NCBI GenBank assembly: GCA_963921275.4
Contig: OZ001293.3
Location: 1,920,001 to 1,984,000, forward strand
Length of the DNA stretch: 64,000 nucleotides
DNA from: an uncultured Hormoscilla sp.
GTDB lineage: Bacteria > Cyanobacteriota > Cyanobacteriia > Cyanobacteriales > Desertifilaceae
Reading direction: 5' to 3'
Below the pieces are notes generated by a model that saw only the letters and a list, made by a program, of their open reading frames with translations, had not been told where the DNA came from and ran no database searches. Shown one piece after another: positions 37,578 to 48,141 of this stretch (positions within the stretch are counted from its first letter, which is position 1; each line of letters begins with the position of its first letter). The position numbers and the translations under genes are program-made.

Positions 37578-38091
37578 TCAGAAAAGATCGATAATATTCA
37601 AGATGCCTTGGATGGGTCTGGCTAAGCGGGTCAGCTGATTGTAAGCATCAGTGAGGAGATCGCCTTCAAGATGGACTTGTTGGGTAGGGTATTTTTGAAT
37701 GGTTTCCATGAGTGTGATTTGACCGTCGTCACTGGCCGAGAGGATGAGGGCCGATCGTAAGGCTTGCCGAGATGCTTGATGGGAGGGGGTATGCACTGCT
37801 AAACTGAGGCGATCGAGGATCAGTTCACCCATCTGGCTATTGAGTACCCGATCGAGAAAGATCAGATTGACTGGGACGGGTGTGGTGAGGGTGCGGCGAA
37901 GATTGTCGCAGACCTCGGTAAGGTGCTTTCGCTTCTGCTTTGAGTCGAGCATATTTTTCCGGACTCAGCTTGCCGTGTCCCTTTACATGCGTTCTATCGT
38001 AGTTTCTCATGCCTGTCAAGGGTTCCGAGGAGCCGGTTGGTGGGTTCGGTGTTGGCTTGTTTGAGCCTGCTGGGTCTGTCATAGGTTTCAT
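37578..38091 (-). pseudogene. Deletion chimera: 5' part of an LPA1/DUF3493-like gene joined out of frame to the 3' part of a DUF1400 alpha/beta-hydrolase-associated gene
   Basis: KYARLKAEAKAPYRGLRQ stops matching at about 37900. Another frame then reads LDRVLNSQMGELILD...QALRSALILSASDDGQITLMETIQKYPT. Confidence 0.7.
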
Positions 38092-38109
38092 CTGTTGTTG
38101 TTAGGTTAA

Positions 38110-38270
38110 CTCAAGTTGCTACCTATAAAAATTGCGACCTCCCAGACAGCCATTTTGGTAAATTTATTCGCCAAAATGCTGTTTTGGGGTAAATCACAAG
38201 GTAATTTTGGCTGATTTTGGCTGATTTTGGCGCTTTGCAAGGAGTTGAGGTTCTATAGGTAGCAACTTAG
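38110..38270. mobile_element. MITE (about 161 bp)
   Basis: IRs AAGTTGCTACCTATA / TATAGGTAGCAACTT, with the flanking direct repeat GTTAGGTTAA at 38100-38109 and 38271-38280. Confidence 0.85.
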
Positions 38271-38350
38271 GTTAGGTTAATATTGTCTAGAAAATTTTTC
38301 TCGGGAAGCACACAATAGCAAAAAGCGTGCTATACTAGGAAAAAGTATGT

Positions 38351-38422
38351 GCCGGTGTAGCTCAGTGGTAGAGCATTCGATTCGTAATCGAACGGTCAGC
38401 GGTTCAAATCCGCTCATCGGCT
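38351..38422 (+). tRNA. tRNA-Thr (CGT)
   Basis: GCCGGTG acceptor stem, TAGCTCAGTGGTAGAGC D-arm, anticodon arm TTCGA-TTCGTAA-TCGAA and GGTTCAAATCC T-loop. Confidence 0.97.
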
Positions 38423-38737
38423 TGGTTTGGATGATTAGTTGATTAGTAATTGTAACTGGACAGTGCGAAGTTCTTTGGGGAACTGCTTGAAAGGAAGCGG
38501 GTTTGGGCCCGATCGACCTATATGCAGCAATTCGCGGGATCCGAAAGGCTTACAGCCTTTCGGATCAAGGGGTTCAGCTTTTAGGATAGGTCATATTTTC
38601 AGAGAACTTCGCACTCTCCAGAACTGAGGTAATTTAAATGAAATCCTTACAAGGCTTGCGGTTTCCGCCGCGTTCGCCCCTCCCGAAAATTTACACAAAT
38701 GATTTAGGTTCGCTATAAATTGAGAGTACCACGTCCT

Positions 38738-38791
38738 CGTGTCACTTGACAAGCATGAGAAGATATTTTATCATGCTTGTCAAGTGACACG
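38738..38791. repeat. Perfect 21-bp inverted repeat containing TTGACA-N17-TATCAT (family E)
   Basis: CGTGTCACTTGACAAGCATGA / TCATGCTTGTCAAGTGACACG. Confidence 0.85.
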
Positions 38792-39285
38792 AACGCCACA
38801 TTCACTCCTATTTACAACTAGCAGAAAGACTATGGCCTTTGACCAATGAACCGATAGCAAATCGTAGCGATCGCATGTCCTAGCTCCGCCTAGGAACGAC
38901 AATTTGAGGCAGAGCCTCTAGTCAAGCATCTCTATTCTATCACCTTCTGCCTCTGGGTAAACTACACGCAAAATATACCCGATCGCCCGTTCTAACCGGT
39001 TGCCAGGCGATCGCCTCTTTCGCTTCGTTGTTAGCCCGCCCGGGGTTCAAACCTCGGGCTAATAGCTTAAGTCGGTTGAAAACCGACTACCACCTTTTCT
39101 ATTATATACCCTTTCGCTTCATTGTTCCGCCTGGGAACGACAATTTGAGGCAGAGCCTCTAGTCAAGCATCTCTATTCTATCACCTTCTGCCTCTGGAGG
39201 AAACTCAACCCCAAATCTCCCCGATCTCCTGTTCTAACCGGTTGCCTGGCGATCGCCCATTTTGCCAGAAAACCCGATCGCCCCT

Positions 39286-39805
39286 AACCTGCTCTCCGAT
39301 GGCGTGCGCTTTGGGCTTACCGTCACCCCCGATCGCCAGTCCTTTCGCCCTAACAATTCCCACCAGAAATGTAGGGCTGCTGAACCCTTGCATCCCTACT
39401 TGTAATAGCCAATTACACCATATTTTTATCTTGACACATTCTTTTGGCATTTTCAACCACTTTTTGATATTTATTTTACCGAAATTAATAAAATTTTAGC
39501 GATTCTTTATAAGACATATAAATTAAATACTATCATCATATGGCCGAGCGATCGCTTCGAACCTACTCTCCGATAATGCCTGCGCTTTGGGCGCTTACCA
39601 TCACCCCCGATCGCCAGTCCAACAATCCATCAGGAATGTCGGGGTGCTGAACGCCTGCATCCCTACTTGTAATAGCCGATTCAATCATATCTTTATCATG
39701 GCACATTTTTTGGGCATTGTAAAGTAATTTTTGCTATTTGTTTTGACAAATAAAAATTCGCGATCGTTTAGCAAGACATAGATCACATGAATGCATTGAT
39801 GATGG
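39286..39805. repeat. Diverged tandem duplication, period about 274 bp
   Basis: CTCTCCGAT..GCGCTTTGGGC..TCACCCCCGATCGCCAGTCC..GCATCCCTACTTGTAATAGCC occurs from 39286 and again from 39560. Confidence 0.85.
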
Positions 39806-39919
39806 CAGTAATTTTGAATTGCTGAGTCCTTGCATTCGAGTACCCAGAAACCGGGTTTCTTAGTCCTTGTCTACGAACCTGCAAATGCTAAAGCGTTTAC
39901 TACGAACGGAAATTATCAT

Positions 39920-40464
39920 CTATTTCTTCTCAGCGGCCTTGCGCAAGATTTCATCAATGTAAATGTAGACTTGAGAGGAACCATCTGAACTTTGAGAAAG
40001 GGGAGGAACTCCAGAGAGATGACCTACCTTAAATAACTGGTCAAGCAACTCACTAGCATCATCATCTTTCTTCAGAGTCCAGAGGGTGCCCTGACAACGA
40101 CCGCCGTACTGACTAGAGACGCAAATAATACGTTTACCATTTTCCTTTCCTGTGGTAATATAGTTGAGGATACCCTCTAACCTGTATTTCTAAAATTTTG
40201 CCGATACTAGATCGCACCTCTTTTCCGGTGGATAGCCCGCATCGGTGAAAGCCTCTGATTTCCAGCTTATCAATGCTAGCGGACCTCTCGTGGTTCTGGC
40301 AAAGGTTCGGTACCGTCTTGAGAGCGATCGCAGTAGTAAACAGGGGTGGGAGTCGTAGAATAAGTCTCTTCTTTAGTAGTGGACGAACCTTGCTGGCAGG
40401 CAGTAGTATTCAGAGCAATGATGGCCACTGCTGCGAGAAAAGTTTTCCGGGATTTGTTTTTCAT
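39920..40464 (-). pseudogene. COP23-domain lipoprotein, disrupted
   Basis: A lipobox-like TAC is followed, after a break, by WKSEAF..AGYPPEKRCDLVSAKF*..LNYITTG..NG..IICV. Confidence 0.8.
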
Positions 40465-40668
40465 GGCATTTCATGGGGTATAATAAAATGAATGCAATAA
40501 TAATGCTCCTGACTCGCACACTTTCTCTATAATAATTTCAGTCGGTTTTAACCGACTTAAGCCTCGTTCCCTGGCTCCCGCCTGGGAACGCAGGAGTTTG
40601 CAACCCCCGGCGGGCTATCGGGAAAAGCGCAAGATGTGAGTTTGGAAACCGGGTTTCTGGACTACCTT

Positions 40669-41634
40669 TTAGCGACTAGCATAAGCACCGATCGGCTCTT
40701 TGATAAAGCGGATATAGAGATGCTTGAAGGTAGACTTGAGCACCCGAGGCAGCCCAAAATCGATCGGGACGAGAGATGCTGGCAATTTCCAGTCATCAAC
40801 AAGCAGTTCCTCGGGGTGCAGCAGGGGAAAGTCAATATCCCCGATCGCCTGCCAGAGTCCGAGTCGCTGGGAAGCTGCTGCGGTGGGCACAGTTGCGGGG
40901 TCAACCTGCAGAATTACCAAAATTGAGCTATCGATGGCAAACAAATTAGTAGAAGCGCCCAAAATTCCCAGATAACGGGGTTCGCCATTACTCGGACCAT
41001 TACCTTCATGAGCAATTATCCCATCAATAATCGTCAAATTTGGGTTAATTGCCCGGGCCGTTTCCACCAACATTTCCCCAAAGCGGGCGCTATCTTTGCC
41101 TGCTTCCATGTGCCACCAAGCTTTCATCTTCCCTGGCACGCAACCGAACAGGTTTTTCACCCCCATCGTCATGGTCAACTGCCCGTGAGATTTTACCTTC
41201 GGCAAGTTAATCACCACATCAGCATCCATCGCCTCTTTGCACAGGCGCAGATGATTAAATTCCTCGCTGACAGTCTCATAGCGCTGGCCGTGGAATTCCA
41301 CAATCGGCAAATTCAATTCTGGGCAGGCTTGGGATTCCAGATAACCATTTGCCTTCGCCACACCTTTAGCACTGCCAAATGCAGGACTATCTCCCAAAAA
41401 TGGCTTACCTCCAGATGCTTGCACCAGTTCGGCAACGCAGTACACCAGTTCTTTGCGGGTCACACATTCCTTTGTCGGACGAGAACCAGTCAGCAAATTG
41501 GGTTTCAGCAACACCCGATCGCCCGGTTTGACAATGGCCTCTATTCCTCCCAGAGGTTCCAGCAGCTTTAACACAGACTGCCGCAGTTCTTGCAACTCAT
41601 AGGAGGAGGCCCGAATTAAACTGACAGTAGACAT
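40669..41634 (-). CDS. DUF362 domain protein
   Basis: VLLKPNLL, INLPKVKSH, GVKNLFG and HEGNGP motifs; ATG at 41634. Confidence 0.9.
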   Translation of the reverse strand: MSTVSLIRASSYELQELRQSVLKLLEPLGGIEAIVKPGDRVLLKPNLLTGSRPTKECVTRKELVYCVAELVQASGGKPFLGDSPAFGSAKGVAKANGYLESQACPELNLPIVEFHGQRYETVSEEFNHLRLCKEAMDADVVINLPKVKSHGQLTMTMGVKNLFGCVPGKMKAWWHMEAGKDSARFGEMLVETARAINPNLTIIDGIIAHEGNGPSNGEPRYLGILGASTNLFAIDSSILVILQVDPATVPTAAASQRLGLWQAIGDIDFPLLHPEELLVDDWKLPASLVPIDFGLPRVLKSTFKHLYIRFIKEPIGAYASR

Positions 41635-41665
41635 CAATGTTACTTCCACAATAATTAACAACAAA

Positions 41666-41956
41666 CTAAACAAATCTGCCGGTAGCACCCCGCTGCATAG
41701 CCGTCACCCGATCGGCATTCGGAAACACCCCGACTCCCACTATTTCCGACAGAGGAGGCTTCACCTCCACCTTCACCACCCGGGCCATGCAGATGAATAC
41801 TGTTTGATCGAACAGATGGAATGTCAACCAGGGTCTTTCCAACAACAGATTGACTTGCTTCTTGAATTCGGCGGGCGGAACTGGTAGATTAAAGGCTTCT
41901 GACTCTCCATTGTCATAATAAAATGTGACTTGCGTTGTGTCCTGTTGACTTGGCAT
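41666..41956 (-). CDS. Conserved hypothetical protein
   Basis: Compact ATG-initiated ORF co-oriented with and abutting the DUF362 gene. Confidence 0.7.
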   Translation of the reverse strand: MPSQQDTTQVTFYYDNGESEAFNLPVPPAEFKKQVNLLLERPWLTFHLFDQTVFICMARVVKVEVKPPLSEIVGVGVFPNADRVTAMQRGATGRFV

Positions 41957-42319
41957 CGCTCCAAGGCTCCGAATTGCTTTATTCTTTAGCTTAACAGAAG
42001 ATGTAGCTTACGGGACTCGGACTCTCCTGTCGCCCGGTCCTAGGACAAGGCGATGCACTCGGGACAGTGCGATTAGCGCGTCCCGAGTGCATCGAAGGCT
42101 AGTAAGATATTCCCTAATGGATGGTAGATCGCCTGTTGCCAGGCCGCCGTACCGCCTGCCTTCATGATATCCACAACCCGTTGCAGGCAGGCGCGATCGG
42201 ATTCGATCGTCCTCATGGCCTTTGCGACTGGGCAGGTTGGGGTTTCTCGACGGGGGTAGTAGTCGGGTGCGTCTCGTATGACATCTGGCAGAGGATCTCT
42301 ACAGTTTCTAAACCCTCCT

Positions 42320-42945
42320 GAAACAATGGAAGTTCTGCTAACTGCTGTCTGACCCAAGTTTTGAAAGACTCCATCATGGGCAGTTCCCCAATTTCCCAAC
42401 TTTTTTCTAGAAACCTAGGTATTTCTCTCACGGGCAGATTGGCAAAGGTAGGAGAGCCAGTGCAGGGTACATATCGTCCTTCTTGCATTTGGTAAATCTG
42501 CATCACTTGTTCCTCGTAGCGCCACAGTTCGGGAACTCCCAATCCGGCATAAATTAGCTGTCTGTCAACAGATGACTTTTTATAATCTACTTCTATCACT
42601 AAGTCAAGTCAAGTTCTTTTTTGTTTCTCATCAGCGGTTCGTTCTGAATGTAGAATCCTGAGTCTGGTTCCGCCCCCCGCATTAAATCTGGACGATTACA
42701 GGTTACGGAAACTACAGTTTTCAGGTTAAGCTTTAATTCCGTAGCTAATATCACTATCAGGTTTTAAATCAATCTTTTCCAGTTTTCGTGACGTAAAGAA
42801 GGACTCATTATTTCTAACATTCCTCGATCGTAAGCAACTCTCGTGACGAGATCGTTCCCCATTTCTGCCAGCATGGCTACATATGTTGGCCAACTGATGT
42901 TTTTCAACATTACCCGCTCGGATGTAGTTTTGCAAGTCATGACCA
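42320..42945 (-). pseudogene. Uma2-family protein, fragmented
   Basis: NISWPTY, YDRGMLEIMSP and YAGLGVPELWRY occur in different frames. Confidence 0.85.
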
Positions 42946-43200
42946 TAGCACTAAATAGTTCGTATTTCGTATTTCGTATTTGGTAAAACCATGCTACAAT
43001 TATTTTAATCATCATCCTATTATCATCCTATTATACCATTTTGATTTAATGATGATACAGTTAGTAGACACCTCAACGGCGGATCGTAGCCTCCGAGCCG
43101 ATCCCCCTGGGAAAGGGGGGGGTTTTCGACCGCTGTTTCATCGCTTAATAAAATTGAGATTACAGACTTTCATTTGTAGCAACCTTTTTCCAAAATGGTA

Positions 43201-43260
43201 TTAGTCGGTTAAAACCGACTTTAGCTATTAGCCGGGGGTGTTAACCCCCGGCGGGCTAAC
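43201..43260. repeat. REP-like double-hairpin repeat
   Basis: AGTCGGTTAAAACCGACT plus GCCGGGGG..CCCCCGGC. An inverted copy lies at 39030-39088 and a partial copy at 40540-40560. Confidence 0.75.
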
Positions 43261-43277
43261 AGCGAAGACAAATGCTA

Positions 43278-46200
43278 TTAGCTTGTCGCCGCCGCAGTCG
43301 CAGAATCTGAATTTTTGGTCAGGCGAGAAATCAACCGCCAGATTTCCCCTATCCACAGTACTACGGAAGTGCCACCGATAATTATTAACCAATCATGCAA
43401 GGATATTGGTACGGTGCGGAAAAAGTCGCCCCCAAATTGCACCATCAATATTTGACCGACGAAAATCAGTAAGGCAATGGTGATAAACCCTCGGTTTTCC
43501 CATACCTTGGAGAAGGCGGAATTGTTCAAGCCAAAGCATTTGGCATTGAACATATTCCAGAATTGTAACATGACGAAGGTGCTGAAGAACAGGGATAGTT
43601 CGTAGGGATTAACATCGCCATCTTGCTGGATCTTCAGCAGGAAGCCAACTAGAAACACCAGAAAGATGATGCCCACACTGAATATACTCACGGCCATCGG
43701 TTTGGAGATGATAAAGGCTTCTGGATCCCGTGGGGGATCGTTCATTACTTTCTCGCTGGGTGGTTCCGTTGCTAGGGCTAAGGCCGCAAAGGTATCCATG
43801 ATCAAGTTTACCCATAACAGCTGCACTACGGTCAACGGCAAGTTGATGCCGATGAAGGGCCCTAATAAGGCGATGAAACATGCAGCTACGTTGATGGTAG
43901 ACTGGAATAAGATGAATTTCTGGATGTTCTGGTAGAGCGATCGCCCCCACATGACGGCATTTTCGATACTGCCGAAGGAGTCATCCAGAATAATGATATC
44001 ACTGGCTTCCTTGGCAACGGAAGTCCCGGTGCGTCCCATTGCTAAACCAACTTGGGCTTGATTTAATGCTGGGGCATCATTGGTGCCGTCTCCAGTCACT
44101 GCTACTACTTGACCGCTATCTTGCAGCAGCTTCACTAACCGCAGCTTGTCTAATGGACGAGATCGGGCTAAGACCTTCAACTTCATGGCCGCTGCTTTAG
44201 CGGTTCGATCGTCCATCGCCGCAAATTCGGGACCGGTCAGGAAGCAGTCGGACGGATCGTTTTCCTTTGCTAAGCCGATCGCCCGGGCAACTTCCTTAGC
44301 TGTGGGTAAGATATCTCCAGTGACTACCTTTACCATCACTCCTGCCTGTTGACAGACAGCCACAGCAGCAGGTACGTCGGGACGGACCGGATCCGCGATC
44401 GCGGCAAACCCCAGCCAGATCTGATCTCGTGCCAGGTTATCAATCTCGACCCCTTCAACATACTCCACATTTTCCCGGTAGGCAAGCCCCAAGGTCCGCA
44501 TCCCCCGTTCTTGATATGAGTTAAGTTCTGCTGCTATGGACTGCTTTTCCCCTAGGGGCTGAATGCCGTCCGGGGTGAGAATGGAGTTACAGCGATCGAG
44601 GAGAATTTCCGGGGCACCTTTAATATGCAGGATGCTGTTACCCGTAACCAGGGAATTTCCCAGGGTTGCCATGTACTTGCGTTCCGTGGAGAAAGTCCAT
44701 TGATAGGTAATGGGAAACTCCTCCCGCTTTTCAAAGTAGGGTACTTCCCGATCGTCCAACCATAACAGCAGGGCCCCTTCGGTGGGGTTCCCCAGGACCG
44801 TTGGGACGGCGCCCGGTTTTTTCTCTAAATTAGCGGTCGTGTTGACAGTAATGGCTTCTACTACCAGCAAGCCTGCATCCTTGAGAGTATCTGCGGTAAT
44901 TTCTCCTGTCAAGTAAGGAATCTTGATGTCGAAAACCCGCATGGCATTCAGAGTCAGGGTGCCCGTTTTATCCGAACAGATCGCCGTAGCTGCGCCGATG
45001 GTTTCGCAAGCATTCATCCGCCGCACCAGGTTATTCTGCTGGGTCATCTTGCGCATGCTGTAGGCGAGAGAGAGGGTGACACTCAAGGCTAAACCTTCGG
45101 GGACCGCGACTACGATGATCGTCACCGCGATCATAAAGTAAGTGAGAAATTCCGTCGCCACATGAGTGGGGATCCAATCGCTGGGAGACTGGGGTATCCA
45201 GTTAAAAGCATAACCCAGACCTATGCCCGCACCAAACAGGGCTAATGCTAAACCGATATTGATCGCCCATCCCAACAGACTTTCGTTTTCCAGCCATTCT
45301 GGGGGTTCCGTTTCTCCCCCTGTTAGAGAGATCGCATCGTAGACAATGGGTAACCAAACCCGGACTAACCCGATGACGATCGCGCTCACAGCGAGCAGTC
45401 CTGTAAAATACCATTGTCCCGGGGTCAGATTTAGATCTCCGGTCAGGATGCCCCGTACTATCAGGGCAATGTCGATCAGGACTGCCACTGCAAAGCCCAG
45501 AACTCCGATCAGTCTGCTGAGGCGGTCCAGTTGGATATTCAGGGGCGTATCTTGGTCCGACTCAATCGTCGCCGCCTGGGAGGTTTTGCCAATTTCCGTG
45601 CCGTCTCCCACCGCCGTCAGTTCCAGGGTAGCGCGTCCATCGGCAATAATGGTGCCCCGCAGGGCCTGATCGGGAGGATAGGCCGTTTCACGGGCAGCGG
45701 CATATTTATCAGCCATGTCCTTCGACACCTTCGGGATGCATGCAGCCGCGGCTGCGCTGCGCTGACACAAAAACCCCTCAGGTGTCGATGCCACCTTGGT
45801 GACGGGAACCCCTTCCCCAGTCAAGCTAGCTTCATTTACTTGCAGGGAAACCGCTTCCAGGACTTGACCGTCTGCGGGGACTTCTTCTCCAATCTCCAGA
45901 AATACGATATCTCCCACCACCAGGTCTTTCTTGGGGACCGTTGTAAAGTTGCCATCCCGAACCACCTTGATGGGAACCTCATCGTTGACTTGGTTGAGGA
46001 TCTCGAATTCCTCGTTGGCCTTGTATTCGTTAAAGAAGGCCACGGTGGTTGCCAGCAGGATGGCTATGACAATGCCTATGCCTTCGGTAATATTGCCATC
46101 GAAAATCCCGACCGCGATCGCCAGGAAAGCCGCGACCATGAGAATGCGGATGATCGGGTCTTCAAATTTTTCCAGAAACAGTTGCCACCAAGGGTCTCGT

Positions 46201-46307
46201 TCCGGTGGTGTCAAGAGGTTGGAGCCATATTTTTGCCGAGAGGACTCCACTTCCGCCGCCGTCAGACCTTGGAAGATTTTGGGATTGCGTTCTACAGTTA
46301 CTGTCAT
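43278..46307 (-). CDS. Calcium-translocating P-type ATPase (PMCA/P2B-like)
   Basis: SLTGE, VAVPEGL, DKTGTLT, KGAPE, TGDGTNDAPAL and QLLWVNLIMDT motifs. Confidence 0.95.
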   Translation of the reverse strand: MTVTVERNPKIFQGLTAAEVESSRQKYGSNLLTPPERDPWWQLFLEKFEDPIIRILMVAAFLAIAVGIFDGNITEGIGIVIAILLATTVAFFNEYKANEEFEILNQVNDEVPIKVVRDGNFTTVPKKDLVVGDIVFLEIGEEVPADGQVLEAVSLQVNEASLTGEGVPVTKVASTPEGFLCQRSAAAAACIPKVSKDMADKYAAARETAYPPDQALRGTIIADGRATLELTAVGDGTEIGKTSQAATIESDQDTPLNIQLDRLSRLIGVLGFAVAVLIDIALIVRGILTGDLNLTPGQWYFTGLLAVSAIVIGLVRVWLPIVYDAISLTGGETEPPEWLENESLLGWAINIGLALALFGAGIGLGYAFNWIPQSPSDWIPTHVATEFLTYFMIAVTIIVVAVPEGLALSVTLSLAYSMRKMTQQNNLVRRMNACETIGAATAICSDKTGTLTLNAMRVFDIKIPYLTGEITADTLKDAGLLVVEAITVNTTANLEKKPGAVPTVLGNPTEGALLLWLDDREVPYFEKREEFPITYQWTFSTERKYMATLGNSLVTGNSILHIKGAPEILLDRCNSILTPDGIQPLGEKQSIAAELNSYQERGMRTLGLAYRENVEYVEGVEIDNLARDQIWLGFAAIADPVRPDVPAAVAVCQQAGVMVKVVTGDILPTAKEVARAIGLAKENDPSDCFLTGPEFAAMDDRTAKAAAMKLKVLARSRPLDKLRLVKLLQDSGQVVAVTGDGTNDAPALNQAQVGLAMGRTGTSVAKEASDIIILDDSFGSIENAVMWGRSLYQNIQKFILFQSTINVAACFIALLGPFIGINLPLTVVQLLWVNLIMDTFAALALATEPPSEKVMNDPPRDPEAFIISKPMAVSIFSVGIIFLVFLVGFLLKIQQDGDVNPYELSLFFSTFVMLQFWNMFNAKCFGLNNSAFSKVWENRGFITIALLIFVGQILMVQFGGDFFRTVPISLHDWLIIIGGTSVVLWIGEIWRLISRLTKNSDSATAAATS

Positions 46308-46838
46308 GCTACTCTCTTGTCTTACTCTGGGGTAAAGCCACAGGTGTATGTTCTAGCGGCCTGAGTTGCCGTCTGTGTCCCCCGGGTAGTGCGAGTACGA
46401 TGTCTCCTGGGTAGTGCGAGTAGCGCTCCCAAGGGATACCGAAAGCTTCCGGGGGGCACAGTACATTCCTTAGTATAAACCTTACTGTATAGAACGCCTA
46501 GTGTTGACAACCGATACAGCCACTGCGTAGGACAGGCGTCTCCCTTCGGGACTTGCTTGGACCAGGGATGGGCTATGGCTACACTCATTAGCTGACAAAT
46601 CATGGTTTTTATCCCAATGGCGAGATTTTTTTGCTGAATATTCATGGTTAACACCTCAAGCACGAGCTTTTTTTGCTAAATATTCATGGTTAACACCTCA
46701 AGCACGAGCTTTTTTGTACGATGTCCTCCCTTTTGTGCGATTAGCGCTCCCCGAGGACATCTCGATATCTCTGGGGTAGTGCGAGTAGCGCGTCCCCTCT
46801 GGGGGATATCGAAGAGCGACCAGGAGTTAAGTAAGCGA

Positions 46839-47590
46839 ATGTGGGCAATTATTAGTGGCATTGAAGGAAATTTGGCAGCCTATGAAGCGGTAATCGCTGA
46901 CTGGAAACGCTCCGCGGTTCCAGTGACAGACATTTATATTATTGGAGATGTTGTTGGACCGAGACCGGAAAGCGAAGCTGTTGTCTCCCGCTTGCGTTCC
47001 TCGCGATCGAGAGAAATTGCACCGCAAGTTTGCATCGGCTAGTGGGAGGAACAATGTTTTGCTCTGCATGGGGTTGGTGCAACTGCCGATGGCGCTACGC
47101 TGGGCGCGCAGCGCAATCCGACAGAATTGCGAGATCGCTATGGTGGCGAGGTGATCGAACGGCCTTGGAATAGTGTTTCCCGCGAGACTGTACAATCGTT
47201 GCGAGGGTTGCATTTTGGCTTTGTGGAATTGGATTCCTTGCTGATTCACGGTAGTAGTATCAGCGTTAGTGAGGAACTCACTCCGGAAACTCCTCCTTGG
47301 CAAATGCTAGACCGCTTGCAACGGGTTGAAGTGAATAACTTATTTTGCGGTCGTTCGGGTCGGATCTTCGAGTACGAATTGCAAGAAGGGGCAATTTCAG
47401 CGGTAGTAACGACTTTGGAAACTGAGCAAACTCCACAAAAGATAACCTTAAACAAACGGCGGGTGATTGGTGTGGGAAGCGTTGGCAGAGAACCTGGCGA
47501 GGCGAGTTACGTTCTCTAGCATCCCGGTGGGGACGCGCTAGAATTCAAAACGACTCTTTACGATGGTATAAGATAACTGTGGTAGATTCT
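46839..47590 (+). pseudogene. Metallophosphoesterase-like protein, disrupted
   Basis: WAIISGIEGNLAAYEAV, GDVVG, IHGS and GVGSVG motifs. Stops occur at 47040 and 47517, with a small repeat insert at about 47087-47120. Confidence 0.8.
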
Positions 47591-47689
47591 GAAACATTTC
47601 CCCCCGATTTTTCGGGCCGTCCGCGGACCGATCGCAAGGAGGAAAACTACGCTCCATAAGGACCGTAAAGGACGTTGTATCGTCAACCA

Positions 47690-48113
47690 CTCTATGGAAA
47701 CAGGGAGCGATCGCATTCGTAATATTGTTCTCGGGAAGCGGAATTTCTCCCGCCTGGACGAAGTTTTTGGGAAGCGGGTGGATATACACGAAGGATTGGA
47801 GAATAGGTCGGGAGATTGTTATCGTCAAAAACTACGGGAAACTCCCGCCAGTCCACTGCTATGCCAGTCAACTAAATCAAGTGTTTATGCATATTCTCAC
47901 CAACGCGATCTTCCAGTCCAGGCATTTGACCTATTCTTCACAACCAAACCAGTCGGTTTTGGAACTGGACTGGGGTTATCAATTAGTTACCAAATTATCA
48001 CCGAGCAGCATGGAGGGCAGTTGTTGCATTGTATTTCCCAACCGGGACAAGGCACAGAATTTATAATAGACATTCCGATTCAGCGCGATATGGTCCGTAG
48101 TTTGATAGAATAG
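47690..48113 (+). pseudogene. Sensor histidine kinase HATPase remnant
   Basis: QLNQVFMHILTNAI and FFTTKPVGFGTGLGLSISYQII lie in different frames. Confidence 0.85.
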
Positions 48114-48141
48114 CACAGCATCAATTATTCTATGGGGTGGT

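Noticed and set aside
45531..46364. 277-aa ORF antisense to the P-type ATPase, and similar shadow ORFs opposite infB, dnaK and cphA
   Set aside because: These are antisense shadows of real genes with no recognisable motifs.
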